Shown here: in pieces, positions 1 to 9,600 of the stretch
How the letters are laid out: each line of letters opens with the position of its first letter
Numbering within the stretch: position 1 is the stretch's first letter
From: Candidatus Udaeobacter sp.
Lineage (GTDB): Bacteria; Eisenbacteria; RBG-16-71-46
Reading direction: 5' to 3'
Length of the DNA: 59,022 bases
Assembly (NCBI GenBank): GCA_035496475.1
Contig: DATJEP010000030.1
Location: 1 to 59,022 of the forward strand
Position numbers and translations under genes: made by a program
Notes under the pieces: generated by a model
What the model was told of the DNA's origin: nothing
The model's database searches: none
Seen by the model: the letters and a program-made list of their open reading frames with translations, nothing else

Positions 1-2228
1 GTAACGTGAAGGTCCTGGACTTCGGTCTGGCGAAGGGGGGCGGCAGCGGAAATCCCTCCGACCCCGCGCTCTCGGCCTCGCCGACCATGACGTACGCCGC
101 GACCACCGCCGGCGTGATCCTCGGCACCGCCGCTTACATGAGCCCCGAGCAGGCCCGCGGCAAGGCGGTCGACAAGCGCACCGACATCTGGTCGTTCGGT
201 TGCCTGGTCTATGAATGCCTGACCGGCCGTCAGGTGTTCGAAGGCGAGACGGTGTCGGATCTGATCGCGCGCATTCTCGAACGCGAGCCCGATCTCTCCG
301 CGCTGCCGCCGCAGACGCCGGGGCGCGTGCGCGATCTGCTGAGGCGCTGCCTCGAGAAGGACGCACGGCGGCGGATGCGCGACATGGGCGATGCGCGAAT
401 CGAGCTGGAAGAGGCGATCGCGGTGCGCCAGTCCGCGTCTTCGCGCCGGGTCGCGGGCGCGGCCGCGGCGAGTCCCGTCGTCCGCATGCGTCATCTCGCC
501 ATCGGCGCTCTGGCGGGAATCGCCGTCGCGACGCTCGGGCTCCTGATCCTTCACGTGATCCGGCACCAGGCGGCGATGCCGGTCACCCGTTTCGCGATCA
601 CCGCGCCCAAGGATTTCAAGTTCGGGCCCGACGCGAGCTTCTCGTCAATCTCTCCGGATGGACGCCAGCTCGCGATCATCGTGCGCGACACGACCGGGAA
701 GTTTCTCATGGGGATACGCCCGCTGGAATCGCTCTCGCTGCGGCTGCTGCCCGGGACCGAGAACGCTCAGGGCGGCCTGTGCTGGTCTCCCGACAGCCGC
801 GCGATCGCGTTCTTCGCCGACGGCAAGCTGAAGAAGGTCTCGATCGACGGTGGTGCCGCCGAGGTTCTGTGCAATGCCAACAACGGCCGCGGCGCGGCCT
901 GGAGTCCGAAGGGCGTGATCGTGTTCGCGCCGGCCGGAGGCGGTCCCTTGTTCAAGGTGCCGGACAGTGGCGGAGATCCCGAGCAGGTGACGACGCTCGA
1001 TTCGACCAAGAAGGAGACCGGCCACCGCTTTCCCTCCTTCCTTCCCGACGGACGCCACTTCCTCTTCGCTGCGTTGTCGAGCCAGCCCAAGCGCGAAATC
1101 TGCGTCGCGTCGATCGATTCACACGAACGCAAGACGGTGATGACCAGCGAAGCGGGGGCCATCTACGCCGAGCCGGGATATCTCGTCTGCACGCGCAACA
1201 ACATCCTCGTCGCGCAGCGATTCGACGCTCGAGGGTTGCGCCTCATCGGGCAGCCACAAACGCTGGGAGAGGTCCCGTCCGGCTCGCAGTTCCTCGGCGC
1301 GGCCCACGCGACCGTGTCGTCGAATGGGATCCTGAGCTTCGCGCCGCTCGGGTTCGCGAACACGCGGCTCGATTGGACCGATCCGATGGGCAAGGATCTC
1401 GGACCCACGGGAATCCCGCCGGATCAGTACGTCACCGCCGAACTGTCACCCGACGGCCGTCGCGCGGCGATGATGCGGTTCGTCTCCGGCACGGAGACTG
1501 ACATCTGGCTGGCCGATCTCGAACGGCGCGCGGTGACGCGCTTCACGTACGGGCCAGCCGTCAGTGAGGAGCCCCGATGGTCGCCCGACGGCAGCCGGAT
1601 CATTTTCAGGTCGAACCGAAACGGTCCGTACGATTTCTTCATCAAACCCTCGAATGGCTCCGGTCAGGAGGAGCTGTTCTATCACTCGAACGTGATGTTC
1701 AAGGAGCCCGACTCCTGGTCGGACGATGGCGCGTACATCGTCATGAGCCAGCTCGATCCCGAAACGGGATGGGATCTGTGGGTGATCCCGACTCAGGGCG
1801 ACCACACGGCGCGGCCCTACCTGCGCACCCGGTTCACGGAGCGAAGCGGCACGATCTCACCCGACGGCCACTGGATGTGCTACACGTCCGACGAATCCGG
1901 ACCGGTGGAGCTCTACGTGCAGTCGTTTCCGACGCCGGGAAACAAGGTGCAGATCACGAATGGAGGCGGCGGTTCCGGCGGCTGGTCCAGGGACGGGAAG
2001 AAGTTCTATTACCCGATGAAGGACCAGTACATGGTTGCCGATGTCCTGCCGGGCCCGGAATTCCGACTCGGGCCACCGCGGCTGTTCGGGAAGCAGGACG
2101 ACAAGGCCGTGTACGGCACTGCCGATCGATCCCTGACGAAGTTCGCGGCGCTGATGCCGGTCGAGGACGCGCAGCCGGGAAGCATCACCGTGATCCTGAA
2201 CTGGACGGCGGCGCTGAAGAAGTTGTAG
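1..2228 (+). CDS. Ser/Thr protein kinase (5' end cut by window edge) fused to a TolB-like PD40/WD40 beta-propeller
   Basis: The frame is open to the window edge. The translation starts mid-kinase domain (KVLDFGLAK = DFG motif, GTAAYMSPEQ, DIWSFGC). A TM helix follows (LAIGALAGIAVATLGLLIL), then repeated SPDG/WSPDG blade motifs. Stop at 2226-2228. Confidence 0.85.
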   Translation, partial: NVKVLDFGLAKGGGSGNPSDPALSASPTMTYAATTAGVILGTAAYMSPEQARGKAVDKRTDIWSFGCLVYECLTGRQVFEGETVSDLIARILEREPDLSALPPQTPGRVRDLLRRCLEKDARRRMRDMGDARIELEEAIAVRQSASSRRVAGAAAASPVVRMRHLAIGALAGIAVATLGLLILHVIRHQAAMPVTRFAITAPKDFKFGPDASFSSISPDGRQLAIIVRDTTGKFLMGIRPLESLSLRLLPGTENAQGGLCWSPDSRAIAFFADGKLKKVSIDGGAAEVLCNANNGRGAAWSPKGVIVFAPAGGGPLFKVPDSGGDPEQVTTLDSTKKETGHRFPSFLPDGRHFLFAALSSQPKREICVASIDSHERKTVMTSEAGAIYAEPGYLVCTRNNILVAQRFDARGLRLIGQPQTLGEVPSGSQFLGAAHATVSSNGILSFAPLGFANTRLDWTDPMGKDLGPTGIPPDQYVTAELSPDGRRAAMMRFVSGTETDIWLADLERRAVTRFTYGPAVSEEPRWSPDGSRIIFRSNRNGPYDFFIKPSNGSGQEELFYHSNVMFKEPDSWSDDGAYIVMSQLDPETGWDLWVIPTQGDHTARPYLRTRFTERSGTISPDGHWMCYTSDESGPVELYVQSFPTPGNKVQITNGGGGSGGWSRDGKKFYYPMKDQYMVADVLPGPEFRLGPPRLFGKQDDKAVYGTADRSLTKFAALMPVEDAQPGSITVILNWTAALKKL

Positions 2229-2247
2229 CCGGGCGGCCGCACGAGTT

Positions 2248-2267
2248 CACCCGTACCGGTACGGGTG
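2248..2267 (+). terminator. Perfect 20-nt palindrome (cacccgtacc/ggtacgggtg) downstream of the kinase gene; possible U-tract-less terminator
   Basis: The palindrome was read directly from the sequence and lies 20 nt after the stop codon. No T-run follows it. Confidence 0.3.
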
Positions 2268-2310
2268 GAACTGACAACCGCGTTCACGAATCGTCACCGA
2301 AGTAGTCATG

Positions 2311-2334
2311 GCAACTCTCCGCGCGGAGAGTTGC
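2311..2334 (-). terminator. Perfect 24-nt palindrome (gcaactctccgc/gcggagagttgc) 2 nt after the prmC stop; possible U-tract-less terminator
   Basis: The palindrome was read directly from the sequence. It lies in the convergent gap between the kinase gene and prmC. Confidence 0.35.
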
Positions 2335-2336
2335 GA

Positions 2337-3254
2337 TCACTCGGCGTCCGGCATTTCCTCCGGCCACTGCTGCGGCGCGATCGCCGGACCGCGCGCCCGC
2401 CTTGCCAGCAGCACGCGCGGGGCGCCGCTGAGATCCTCACGCAGCTCGACACCTTCCCAGTCGTGCGCGCCCTCGAGCCATCCGGCCACCTCGGCGGCGC
2501 GCGATTCCGGCAGCTCCAGCGCGAGCAGGCCCCCGGCGACGAGATGGCGCGGCGCTTCGTCGATGATCTCGCGCAACGCGTCGAGCCCGCTCGATCCCGA
2601 GAACAGCGCCTGATGCGGCTCGAACGCGCGCACGTCGTTCGGGAGCGCGTCCCATTCGCCGGTGGCGATGTACGGAGGATTCGCGACCACGACTTCGAAT
2701 CGCTCGTCGGCATCGACGGCGTCGAACCAGTCGCCATGCCGGAAGTTGATTCGCGGGGCGAGGCCGAGCGAGTTGGCGTTCTCTCGCGCGAGTTCCAGCG
2801 CATCCGAACTCCAATCGGTCGCGGTGACGACCGCCGCGGGATACTCGCTGGCGATCGCCAGCGCAATCGCGCCCGAGCCACAGCCGAGATCGACCACCCG
2901 CGGCGATGGCCAGCGCTGCGTTTCAGCGCGGAGCGCTTCGAGCACGGCTTCGACCAGGCCTTCGGTCTCGGGCCGCGGAATCAGCACGCGGCGATCGACC
3001 GCGAGGTCGAGATCGCGGAACGCGGCGCGGCCGGTGATGTACTGCACGGGCTCACCCGCGGCGCGGCGGCTCAGCCAGGCTTGGAATTGTGGAGCTTCTT
3101 CGGAGCTGAGCATCCGCGAGCCGGAGGCACGTAGCTCGGGAAGCGTCAGCCTGAGCAGGCGGCTGAGCAGCTCCTCGGAATCCGAGCGGGCCGTATCCGC
3201 CGCGGCCAGCACCGCGATCGCATCCCGGAGAACGCCGGATACGGTCGGGCTCAT
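2337..3254 (-). CDS. prmC: Release-factor glutamine N5-methyltransferase (HemK/PrmC)
   Basis: Carries the SAM-binding motif DLGCGSGAIA and the catalytic NPPY motif (VVANPPYI). It sits 13 nt downstream of prfA. Confidence 0.9.
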   Translation of the reverse strand: MSPTVSGVLRDAIAVLAAADTARSDSEELLSRLLRLTLPELRASGSRMLSSEEAPQFQAWLSRRAAGEPVQYITGRAAFRDLDLAVDRRVLIPRPETEGLVEAVLEALRAETQRWPSPRVVDLGCGSGAIALAIASEYPAAVVTATDWSSDALELARENANSLGLAPRINFRHGDWFDAVDADERFEVVVANPPYIATGEWDALPNDVRAFEPHQALFSGSSGLDALREIIDEAPRHLVAGGLLALELPESRAAEVAGWLEGAHDWEGVELREDLSGAPRVLLARRARGPAIAPQQWPEEMPDAE

Positions 3255-3267
3255 CTCGATGCCGGCG

Positions 3268-4353
3268 TCAGCCCTCGCTGCCGAGCGCGGCCAGCCGCTC
3301 CGCCGCGTCGGCCGCGGCCAGCGCCTCGCTGAACTCGTCGAGGGCGCCCTCCAGCACCGCCGGCAGATTGTGCGTGCTGAGATTGATCCGATGATCCGTT
3401 ACCCGACTCTGAGGAAAATTGTAGGTGCGGATCTTCGCGCTGCGGTCGCCGGTCGAGACCTGCGACTTCCGCTGCGCCGCGTATTTCGCCTGCTGCTCCT
3501 GCAGCTTGGCGTCGTAGAGCCTGGCGCGCAGCACCTTCATCGCCTTCGCGCGGTTCTTGATCTGCGAACGCTCGTCCTGACACGTGACCACGACTCCGGT
3601 CGGCAGGTGGGTGATGCGCACCGCGGAATCCGTGGTGTTCACGCCCTGGCCGCCGGGACCACCCGCGCGATAGACGTCGACGCGCAGATCCTTCTCGGCA
3701 ATGTCGATGTCGACGTCCTCGACCTCGGGCAGCACCGCGACCGTCGCGGCCGAAGTGTGAATGCGCCCCGAAGCCTCGGTGGCCGGCACGCGCTGCACGC
3801 GGTGGACGCCGCTCTCGAACTTCATCTCGCGATAGACGCCGTCGCCTTCCAGCGAAAAGATGACTTCCTTGAGCCCGCCGGCCTCGGCGGGCGTCGAGCT
3901 CATCACCTCCTGCTTCCAGCCGCGGCGCTCGGCGTGCTTCGAGTACATACGGTAGAGATCGGCGGCGAACAGCGCGGCCTCCTCCCCGCCCACTCCGGCG
4001 CGCAGCTCGACGATGACGTTCTTGTCGTCGTCGGGATCGCGCGGCACCAGCATGCGCTTGAGGTCTTCTTCGAGCTTCGCCAGTTTTTCCCGCAGCTCGG
4101 GCAGCTCCGCCTCGGCCAGCTCGGCCAGCTCGCGATCCCCGGAGGCCACCGCGCGCTCGTCGTCGGCGATCGTCGCGGCGGTGCGGCGGTAGGTGGCGTG
4201 CGTCTGCACGGTGTCGTCCAGCCGCGAGCGCTCGCGCGCGAAGTCGCGCAGCTTGCGGGGATCGCGCGCCACCTCGGGATCGGAGAGCAGGGCGCCCAGC
4301 TCCTCGAAGCGCGTCTCGACCTTCTTCAGCGCCTCTTCGAGGTTCGCGTCCAT
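3268..4353 (-). CDS. prfA: Peptide chain release factor 1
   Basis: The internal ATG at 4353 gives 361 aa ([11 protein letters not shown]...). Carries the RF1-type PxT motif (RVPATEA) and the GGQ motif (GPGGQGVNT). The ATG overlaps the upstream stop codon (TGATG). Confidence 0.93.
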   Translation of the reverse strand: MDANLEEALKKVETRFEELGALLSDPEVARDPRKLRDFARERSRLDDTVQTHATYRRTAATIADDERAVASGDRELAELAEAELPELREKLAKLEEDLKRMLVPRDPDDDKNVIVELRAGVGGEEAALFAADLYRMYSKHAERRGWKQEVMSSTPAEAGGLKEVIFSLEGDGVYREMKFESGVHRVQRVPATEASGRIHTSAATVAVLPEVEDVDIDIAEKDLRVDVYRAGGPGGQGVNTTDSAVRITHLPTGVVVTCQDERSQIKNRAKAMKVLRARLYDAKLQEQQAKYAAQRKSQVSTGDRSAKIRTYNFPQSRVTDHRINLSTHNLPAVLEGALDEFSEALAAADAAERLAALGSEG

Positions 4354-5348
4354 CACTGGACGAACGCGACTTCCGCGGCGACCGGGGTGGTGGCGCGCTC
4401 GAGCTTCACCACGGCCTCGTCGCCGCGGACGCGCTCGAGCGCCGCGATCGCGACCTCGCACATCGACAGATCGGGCTCGCGCGTGGTCAGACGCTGGAAC
4501 TGGATCCCGGGCCAGGTCAGCACGCGCACGATCGGCTGATCGGCGTAGCGGCCGGAGAGACGGATGAATTCGAACGCCACGCCGGCGATCAGCGGCATGC
4601 TGGCGATGCGCAGCAGGTGCTGGACGATCGAGGTCGGGCGGCCGATCAGCGTGAACACGATGATGCTGATGATCACGACCAGGAAAAGGAACGTGGTGCC
4701 GCAGCGCGGATGGAAGCGCGTGAAGCTCTGAACGCTCTCCGGCGTCAGCGGTGCGCGATTTTCGATGGCGTGGATCGCCTTGTGCTCGGCGCCGTGATAG
4801 CCGAGCACGCGCGCCATCTCCTTCCACTGGCTGATCAGCAGCAGGTAGAGCACGAAGAAGAGCAGGCGGAAGCCGCCGTCGACGAGACCGAACTGGAAAC
4901 GGTCGTGAACGCCGAGCCAGCCGGTGAGCTTGGCCGGGAGCACCACGAACAGGAAGAGTCCGAGCGCGAACGCGAAGATCATCGCCACGCCCTGGAGTGC
5001 CGACATCGCCGCCGCGCCCTTGGCGCTGGAGCTCGGAACGGTCGCGGTGTCAGCAGGGTCGGCCGGCGTCACCGCTTCGGGAGCACGATCGGGCACGGCG
5101 TCCCGCGACGCCTCCTCGGCGCTCCAGTTGAGCGCGGTGATCCCGAGGAACAGAGTCTCGAACAGCGAGACCGCGCCGCGAATCACCGGCAGTTTGAGCA
5201 GCCGGTGTGAAGCGATCACGGACTTGAAAGGTCGCTCGGTGGTGGCGATCGAGCCGTCGGGACGGCGCACGGCGACCGCGATCCGCGAGGGCGATCGCAT
5301 CATCACCCCTTCGATCACCGCCTGACCGCCGACTGGGAGAAACGGCAT
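4353..5348 (-). CDS. DUF1385 (YqhQ-like) polytopic membrane protein
   Basis: Carries the [15 protein letters not shown] and [11 protein letters not shown] motifs. The ATG at 5348 is preceded by GGAG. The track ORF starts 15 nt further up at a TTG. The rpmE-DUF1385-prfA-prmC neighbourhood is typical. Confidence 0.8.
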   Translation of the reverse strand: MPFLPVGGQAVIEGVMMRSPSRIAVAVRRPDGSIATTERPFKSVIASHRLLKLPVIRGAVSLFETLFLGITALNWSAEEASRDAVPDRAPEAVTPADPADTATVPSSSAKGAAAMSALQGVAMIFAFALGLFLFVVLPAKLTGWLGVHDRFQFGLVDGGFRLLFFVLYLLLISQWKEMARVLGYHGAEHKAIHAIENRAPLTPESVQSFTRFHPRCGTTFLFLVVIISIIVFTLIGRPTSIVQHLLRIASMPLIAGVAFEFIRLSGRYADQPIVRVLTWPGIQFQRLTTREPDLSMCEVAIAALERVRGDEAVVKLERATTPVAAEVAFVQ

Positions 5349-5420
5349 GAGCACTCCAGACAAGGCAACGGCTCCCGGCCGCTCGCGGAATCGCGACGAC
5401 GGGGAGCCGTGCCGAGGCAG

Positions 5421-5669
5421 CTAATTCTGTGACGTCGTCGCTTCGGCCTTCTCGTCCTTCTTTTGGCCCTTCGAATAACGCTTGCGGAAGCGCTCGACGC
5501 GACCGGCCTTGTCGAGCAGCTTCTGCTTGCCGGTGAAGAACGGGTGGCAGGCGGCACAGATTTCGACGTGCAGCTCGGGCTTGCCGACCGTGGAGCGCGT
5601 CTCGATGACGTTGCCGCAGACGCACACGATCTTGGTCAGCTCGTAGACCGGATGAATGCCAGCTTTCAT
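5421..5669 (-). CDS. rpmE: 50S ribosomal protein L31
   Basis: The translation MKAGIHPVY...VCVCG...[13 protein letters not shown] is typical of zinc-ribbon type L31. Confidence 0.93.
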   Translation of the reverse strand: MKAGIHPVYELTKIVCVCGNVIETRSTVGKPELHVEICAACHPFFTGKQKLLDKAGRVERFRKRYSKGQKKDEKAEATTSQN

Positions 5670-5813
5670 GGGATGGACCTCAGGAAGCCGACGGCGGCGT
5701 CGGACGATCCGTACGCCAACCCGCCGGGGATTGCGGCGAGGGAGTATGCCCGAAGCGGCAGGCGAATGCCAGCCGCCGCGGCTCGCTTCAGATGCGGGAG
5801 GGCCTGGGGCGGT

Positions 5814-6545
5814 TCAATCGCCCTCGTAATGGTCGTAAACGCGCTTGAGATCGATCGCCGGCCGGTCGCCGCGTGAATCGCGGTGCGTGATCACGATCAA
5901 TTGCTTGGCATCCTTCGAGAGCTCGAAGGTCTGCGACATCTTGCCGCCCCGATCGGACGTTCTCTCGGCCACGAGATCGGTGCCGCGCCATTTCGCCTGA
6001 ACATGCGGGGATTCGGGCTCGACTGCGGCGGCCGCCGTCGCGACGTCGCCGAGCGTGATCACCTCGATCGTCTGCCCGCGTTCGCTCAGCACCACGGTGC
6101 TGTCGGTCTGTTCAACCAGCATGGTGAGCGGCGGCCGCGCGAGCGAACGCATCATTGGGTCGGCTGATCGGCCATCCGGTGGAGCGCCTTCCGGCCCGCC
6201 ACTCCCCGAAGTGCCTTCTTCGCCCTGCCTTCCCGATTCGCCGCCCTCGCCGCCACCATGCCGATGTCCACCCCAGCCACCACCACCGCCACCGCCATAG
6301 CCACCGCCGCCGCCCATTCCACCACCCATGCCGCCGCGATGGCCGCCCCAGCCGCCTCCTCCGCCCCCGCCGTGCTCCGCCATCTTCTGCTGCAGCGTCT
6401 CGCTCTGTTTTTCGTTGAGCTTCCACAGGCCTCCGAGCGTGGGCACAGACTTGGCGTCATCGGACGCGGCCGAACGCGCGAGCAGCGAGGCGGCGATGAT
6501 GAAAAGGGCGGTCATGCCGGGTAAGCGTCCGTTTCGTGGGCTCAT
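5814..6545 (-). CDS. Secreted protein with a central Gly/His/Trp/Met-rich low-complexity block
   Basis: Signal peptide MSPRNGRLPGMTALFIIAASLLARSAAS. The start could be 6545 or 6515. The longer track ORF would run into the divergent gene. Contains a GGGGGGGWGGHRGGMGGGMGGGGGYGGGGGGGWGGHRHGGG block followed by a globular C-terminal domain. Confidence 0.6.
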   Translation of the reverse strand: MSPRNGRLPGMTALFIIAASLLARSAASDDAKSVPTLGGLWKLNEKQSETLQQKMAEHGGGGGGGWGGHRGGMGGGMGGGGGYGGGGGGGWGGHRHGGGEGGESGRQGEEGTSGSGGPEGAPPDGRSADPMMRSLARPPLTMLVEQTDSTVVLSERGQTIEVITLGDVATAAAAVEPESPHVQAKWRGTDLVAERTSDRGGKMSQTFELSKDAKQLIVITHRDSRGDRPAIDLKRVYDHYEGD

Positions 6546-6687
6546 GCAGTTCCTGACGAATGACCTCCGCCCCGGTTGCTCAGGCTTTTCAGGCGTGGAA
6601 ACACCGCGTTTGATCGGCATCGAGCGGGAGTATGATTCCGGGCACCTGAGATCCGGGCTCCCTTCCCCTCGCCCGCAGGAGGCCGCC

Positions 6688-9600
6688 ATGACTCGCCCCG
6701 CCCGAGCGTGCGCACGCTCGATCCTCGCCGTTGTCGCCGTCGCGCTTTCAGGAATCCTCGCCGGGACTCTTCCCGCGTCGGCCGCGGGGGTCCTCTATGG
6801 ATCCACGAGCTACGGCGAGTACCTCAGTATCGACCTCGCCACCGGACATGGAACGCTTCTCGGCTATCTGCCATTCGGGGTCACGACCGGAGCGACCGAG
6901 ATCGAGTACGACCCGATCAGCGGGCGAGCATTCATGCAGGCGCGTGACGGCACGTTTCAGGGCTCGGAGTTCAATCCGCTGAATGGCTCGGCGATCGGCG
7001 GACCCATCGCCGACGGCGGTTCGTTCACCGGCCTCGAGTTCATTGGAAGCGTGCTGTACGGCACGGTGATCTACGGAGCCTGTGCCTCATCGGAGCTGCG
7101 CATTCTCGATCCCTGGAGCGGGAGCTCCACGCTGATCGGTTCCACCGGAGTCGGACCGATCTCCGGGCTGGCGTATGACGCCGGGACCGCGACCCTGTTC
7201 GGAATCACCGGATGCTCGGCCGGACATTCGAAGCTGCTGCGGCTCGATGTCTCGACCGGCGCGGCGACCGTGCTCGCGACGCTGGGATTCGAAGCCGGCA
7301 GCCTCGAATTCGGACCGGACGGGAAGCTCTACGCGGGAGGAAGCTATCAAGGCTCGGGCGCGTTCTTCCGCATCGATCCCGTGGCCGGAACTGGCACGTT
7401 CATCGGATACACCGGATTCGTTTCGCTGACCGGGCTCATGCTCGGGCCCGAGTGCCACAGCAGTTACGCCGACATTCGACTCGCCGGGACGTTCACGAGC
7501 CCTCCGTACGATCTTCCGACTTCGCCCGCGATGACAAACGTGTCCGGCTGCAGCTGGCAGGTCACACGACATCTCGATGCGGGAATGTATGACATCAAGT
7601 TCGTGACCGGCGGCGTGCTCGACACGCCGCCCGACTATGGCGATACGACGGGAGTGGCGCGAACGCTGCCCGGCTCGGGATTCCCAACGGTTCCGGTGTC
7701 GTCCGCCGGCCATGCGATCCGCATCCAGGTTCTCAATCCCGACGACTACACGTTCACTCTCGATGAGGGCACCCGTTTGTGGTCCGCCACCGCGGCGGGC
7801 GGAACGCCATCGGGGTCGATCAGCGGCACCGTGGCGTTCGAGGCGGGGTTCGACTTCCCGCCCTATCCGCCGGCGACGGTGGAGTTCTTCCGCGGCAGCA
7901 CGCTGATCGCGACCCAGCTCACCGATCGCTACTCGCCGACCTTCGACCTCCCTGGTCTCGCTCCCGGATCCGATTTCCGCGTGAGGGTCAGCGCGCCGTT
8001 GTTCGGCCCGGTCGAGAGATCGCCCATCGCCGTCGGCACCGGGCCGGTCGATCTTGGCTCGATCCTTCTGTCATCGCTGCCCTCGTCCTACTCGCGAATG
8101 GATCTGGTCGGCGATTTCAACAGCTTCGCCGTCGGCGCGAACCCGATGATCCAGACCCTCAATGGCTTCTGGTCCACGCATCAGACGCTCACCGCCGGCG
8201 ACCATTACTTCAAATTCGCGACCAACGGCGCTCTCGACACGCCCCCGGACTACGGCAACACGCCGTCGGGACCCGTGATCTTCTATCCGCCGGCGAGCGG
8301 CGACGTCGCCCTCGGAACTGGTCCGGAGACCGCGCTGCGGCTCTATGCGTTCGAGGCCGGCGATTACCAGTTCAACCTCGACGAGCGCAATCTCACGTTT
8401 CAGGCGTTCGAGCTGCCCCCGCCCATCCCGGCGATCGACATCAATCAGGTGCGTATGGTGGTGTCGAATGCCGGATCGTTCTCCTACGATCAGCAGACCG
8501 GGGCGGCCGGCCTCGAATTCCCGAAGGGCAGCGGCAAGACCGCGGTGTTCGCGGCCGGGCTCTGGTTGTCGGCGGGCGCGAACGTCGCGATTTCGGAATA
8601 CAGCGATGAGTTTGCGCCCGGCAGCATGATCGGTGGCGTGCCCGACAATCCGAATCAGCCCGTCTACAAGGTCTATAAGCTGAACCGGCACTATGCCTCG
8701 ACTGCCGACCGCGACGCTGCCCTCACACAATACAACGACGGCGCGGTACCGCACGGCGCTCCCCCGGTGGCGTTGCTGCCGAGCGGCGACCTCGACATTC
8801 TCGGCGACCAGATGCTGTGGCACGTCTACAACGACGCCGATCCGAACCAGCACACCAATCGAGCCGGCATGACGGCACCGCTCGGAGTCGAGATTCAGCA
8901 GACCACGTTTGGCTTCAATCGGCCGGGCGCGCTCGGGAACACGGTGTTCATGCGATTCAAGATCATGAACAAGGGCGCGAACTCGCTCACCGACATGCGC
9001 ATCGGCGTGTGGAGCGATCCTGACCTCGGAGACTACCTGGACGATCTCGTGGGCTGCGATCCCGCCCGCGGACTCGGCTTCTGCTACAACGGCGACAACG
9101 ACGACGCCATCTATGGAGCGACCCCGCCCGCGGTGGGCTTCGATCTCCTGCAGGGGCCGACGCCGCCGGGCGGCGGGCCGCGCCTCGGAACCACCGCGTT
9201 CATCAAGTACATCAACGGCACCGATCCCAGCAGCTCGACCCAGACCATCAATTACCTCCACGGATTGAATTCGGACGGCAGCGCGATCATCAACCCGACC
9301 AATGGGCAGCCGACGCTGTTCATGGTGTCGGGCGACCCGGTGGCGGGCACCGGCTGGCTCGACTCGAATCCTTCCGACCGCCGCATGCTGCTGTGCTCGG
9401 GGCCGTTCACCATGGCTCCGGGCGATACTCAGGAGATCTACGTCGCGATCGTGATCGGCCAGGCAGCCAACCGATTCGCTTCGCTCAGCGCCCTCGAGCT
9501 CTCCGACGACGAAGTGCAGAACATCTTCGACAGCGGGTTCTCGAACCCGACCGGGACCGAGATCTCGCTGGTGAGCGCCGATCTCGAACCCGGACGCGTG

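Noticed and set aside
3268-4353. Possible programmed +1 frameshift, as in release factor 2 genes.
   Set aside because: The protein has the RF1-type PAT motif and an uninterrupted frame, so no frameshift site is needed.
3268-4827. Long N-terminal extensions of track ORFs. Examples: prfA to 4827, lpdA to 19675, HtrA to 27743, amidase to 26170, PorV-like to 30247, FN3 lipoprotein to 32472, the large secreted protein from 6328, and the response regulator from 40748.
   Set aside because: The extensions are low-complexity and Arg-rich, and they overlap neighbouring genes. They are upstream of internal start codons that have good SDs, signal peptides, or homology-consistent N-termini.
5757-5771. 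TGGCAT-tcgcc-TGCC upstream of rpmE on the minus strand, as a possible sigma-54 promoter.
   Set aside because: The GC of the -12 element is displaced by one position relative to the GG. The spacing is wrong for sigma-54.
6255-6370. Repetitive ccacc/gccgcc DNA that could be mistaken for a repeat array.
   Set aside because: It is the coding sequence of the poly-Gly block (minus strand). It has no spacer/repeat periodicity and is not a CRISPR array.
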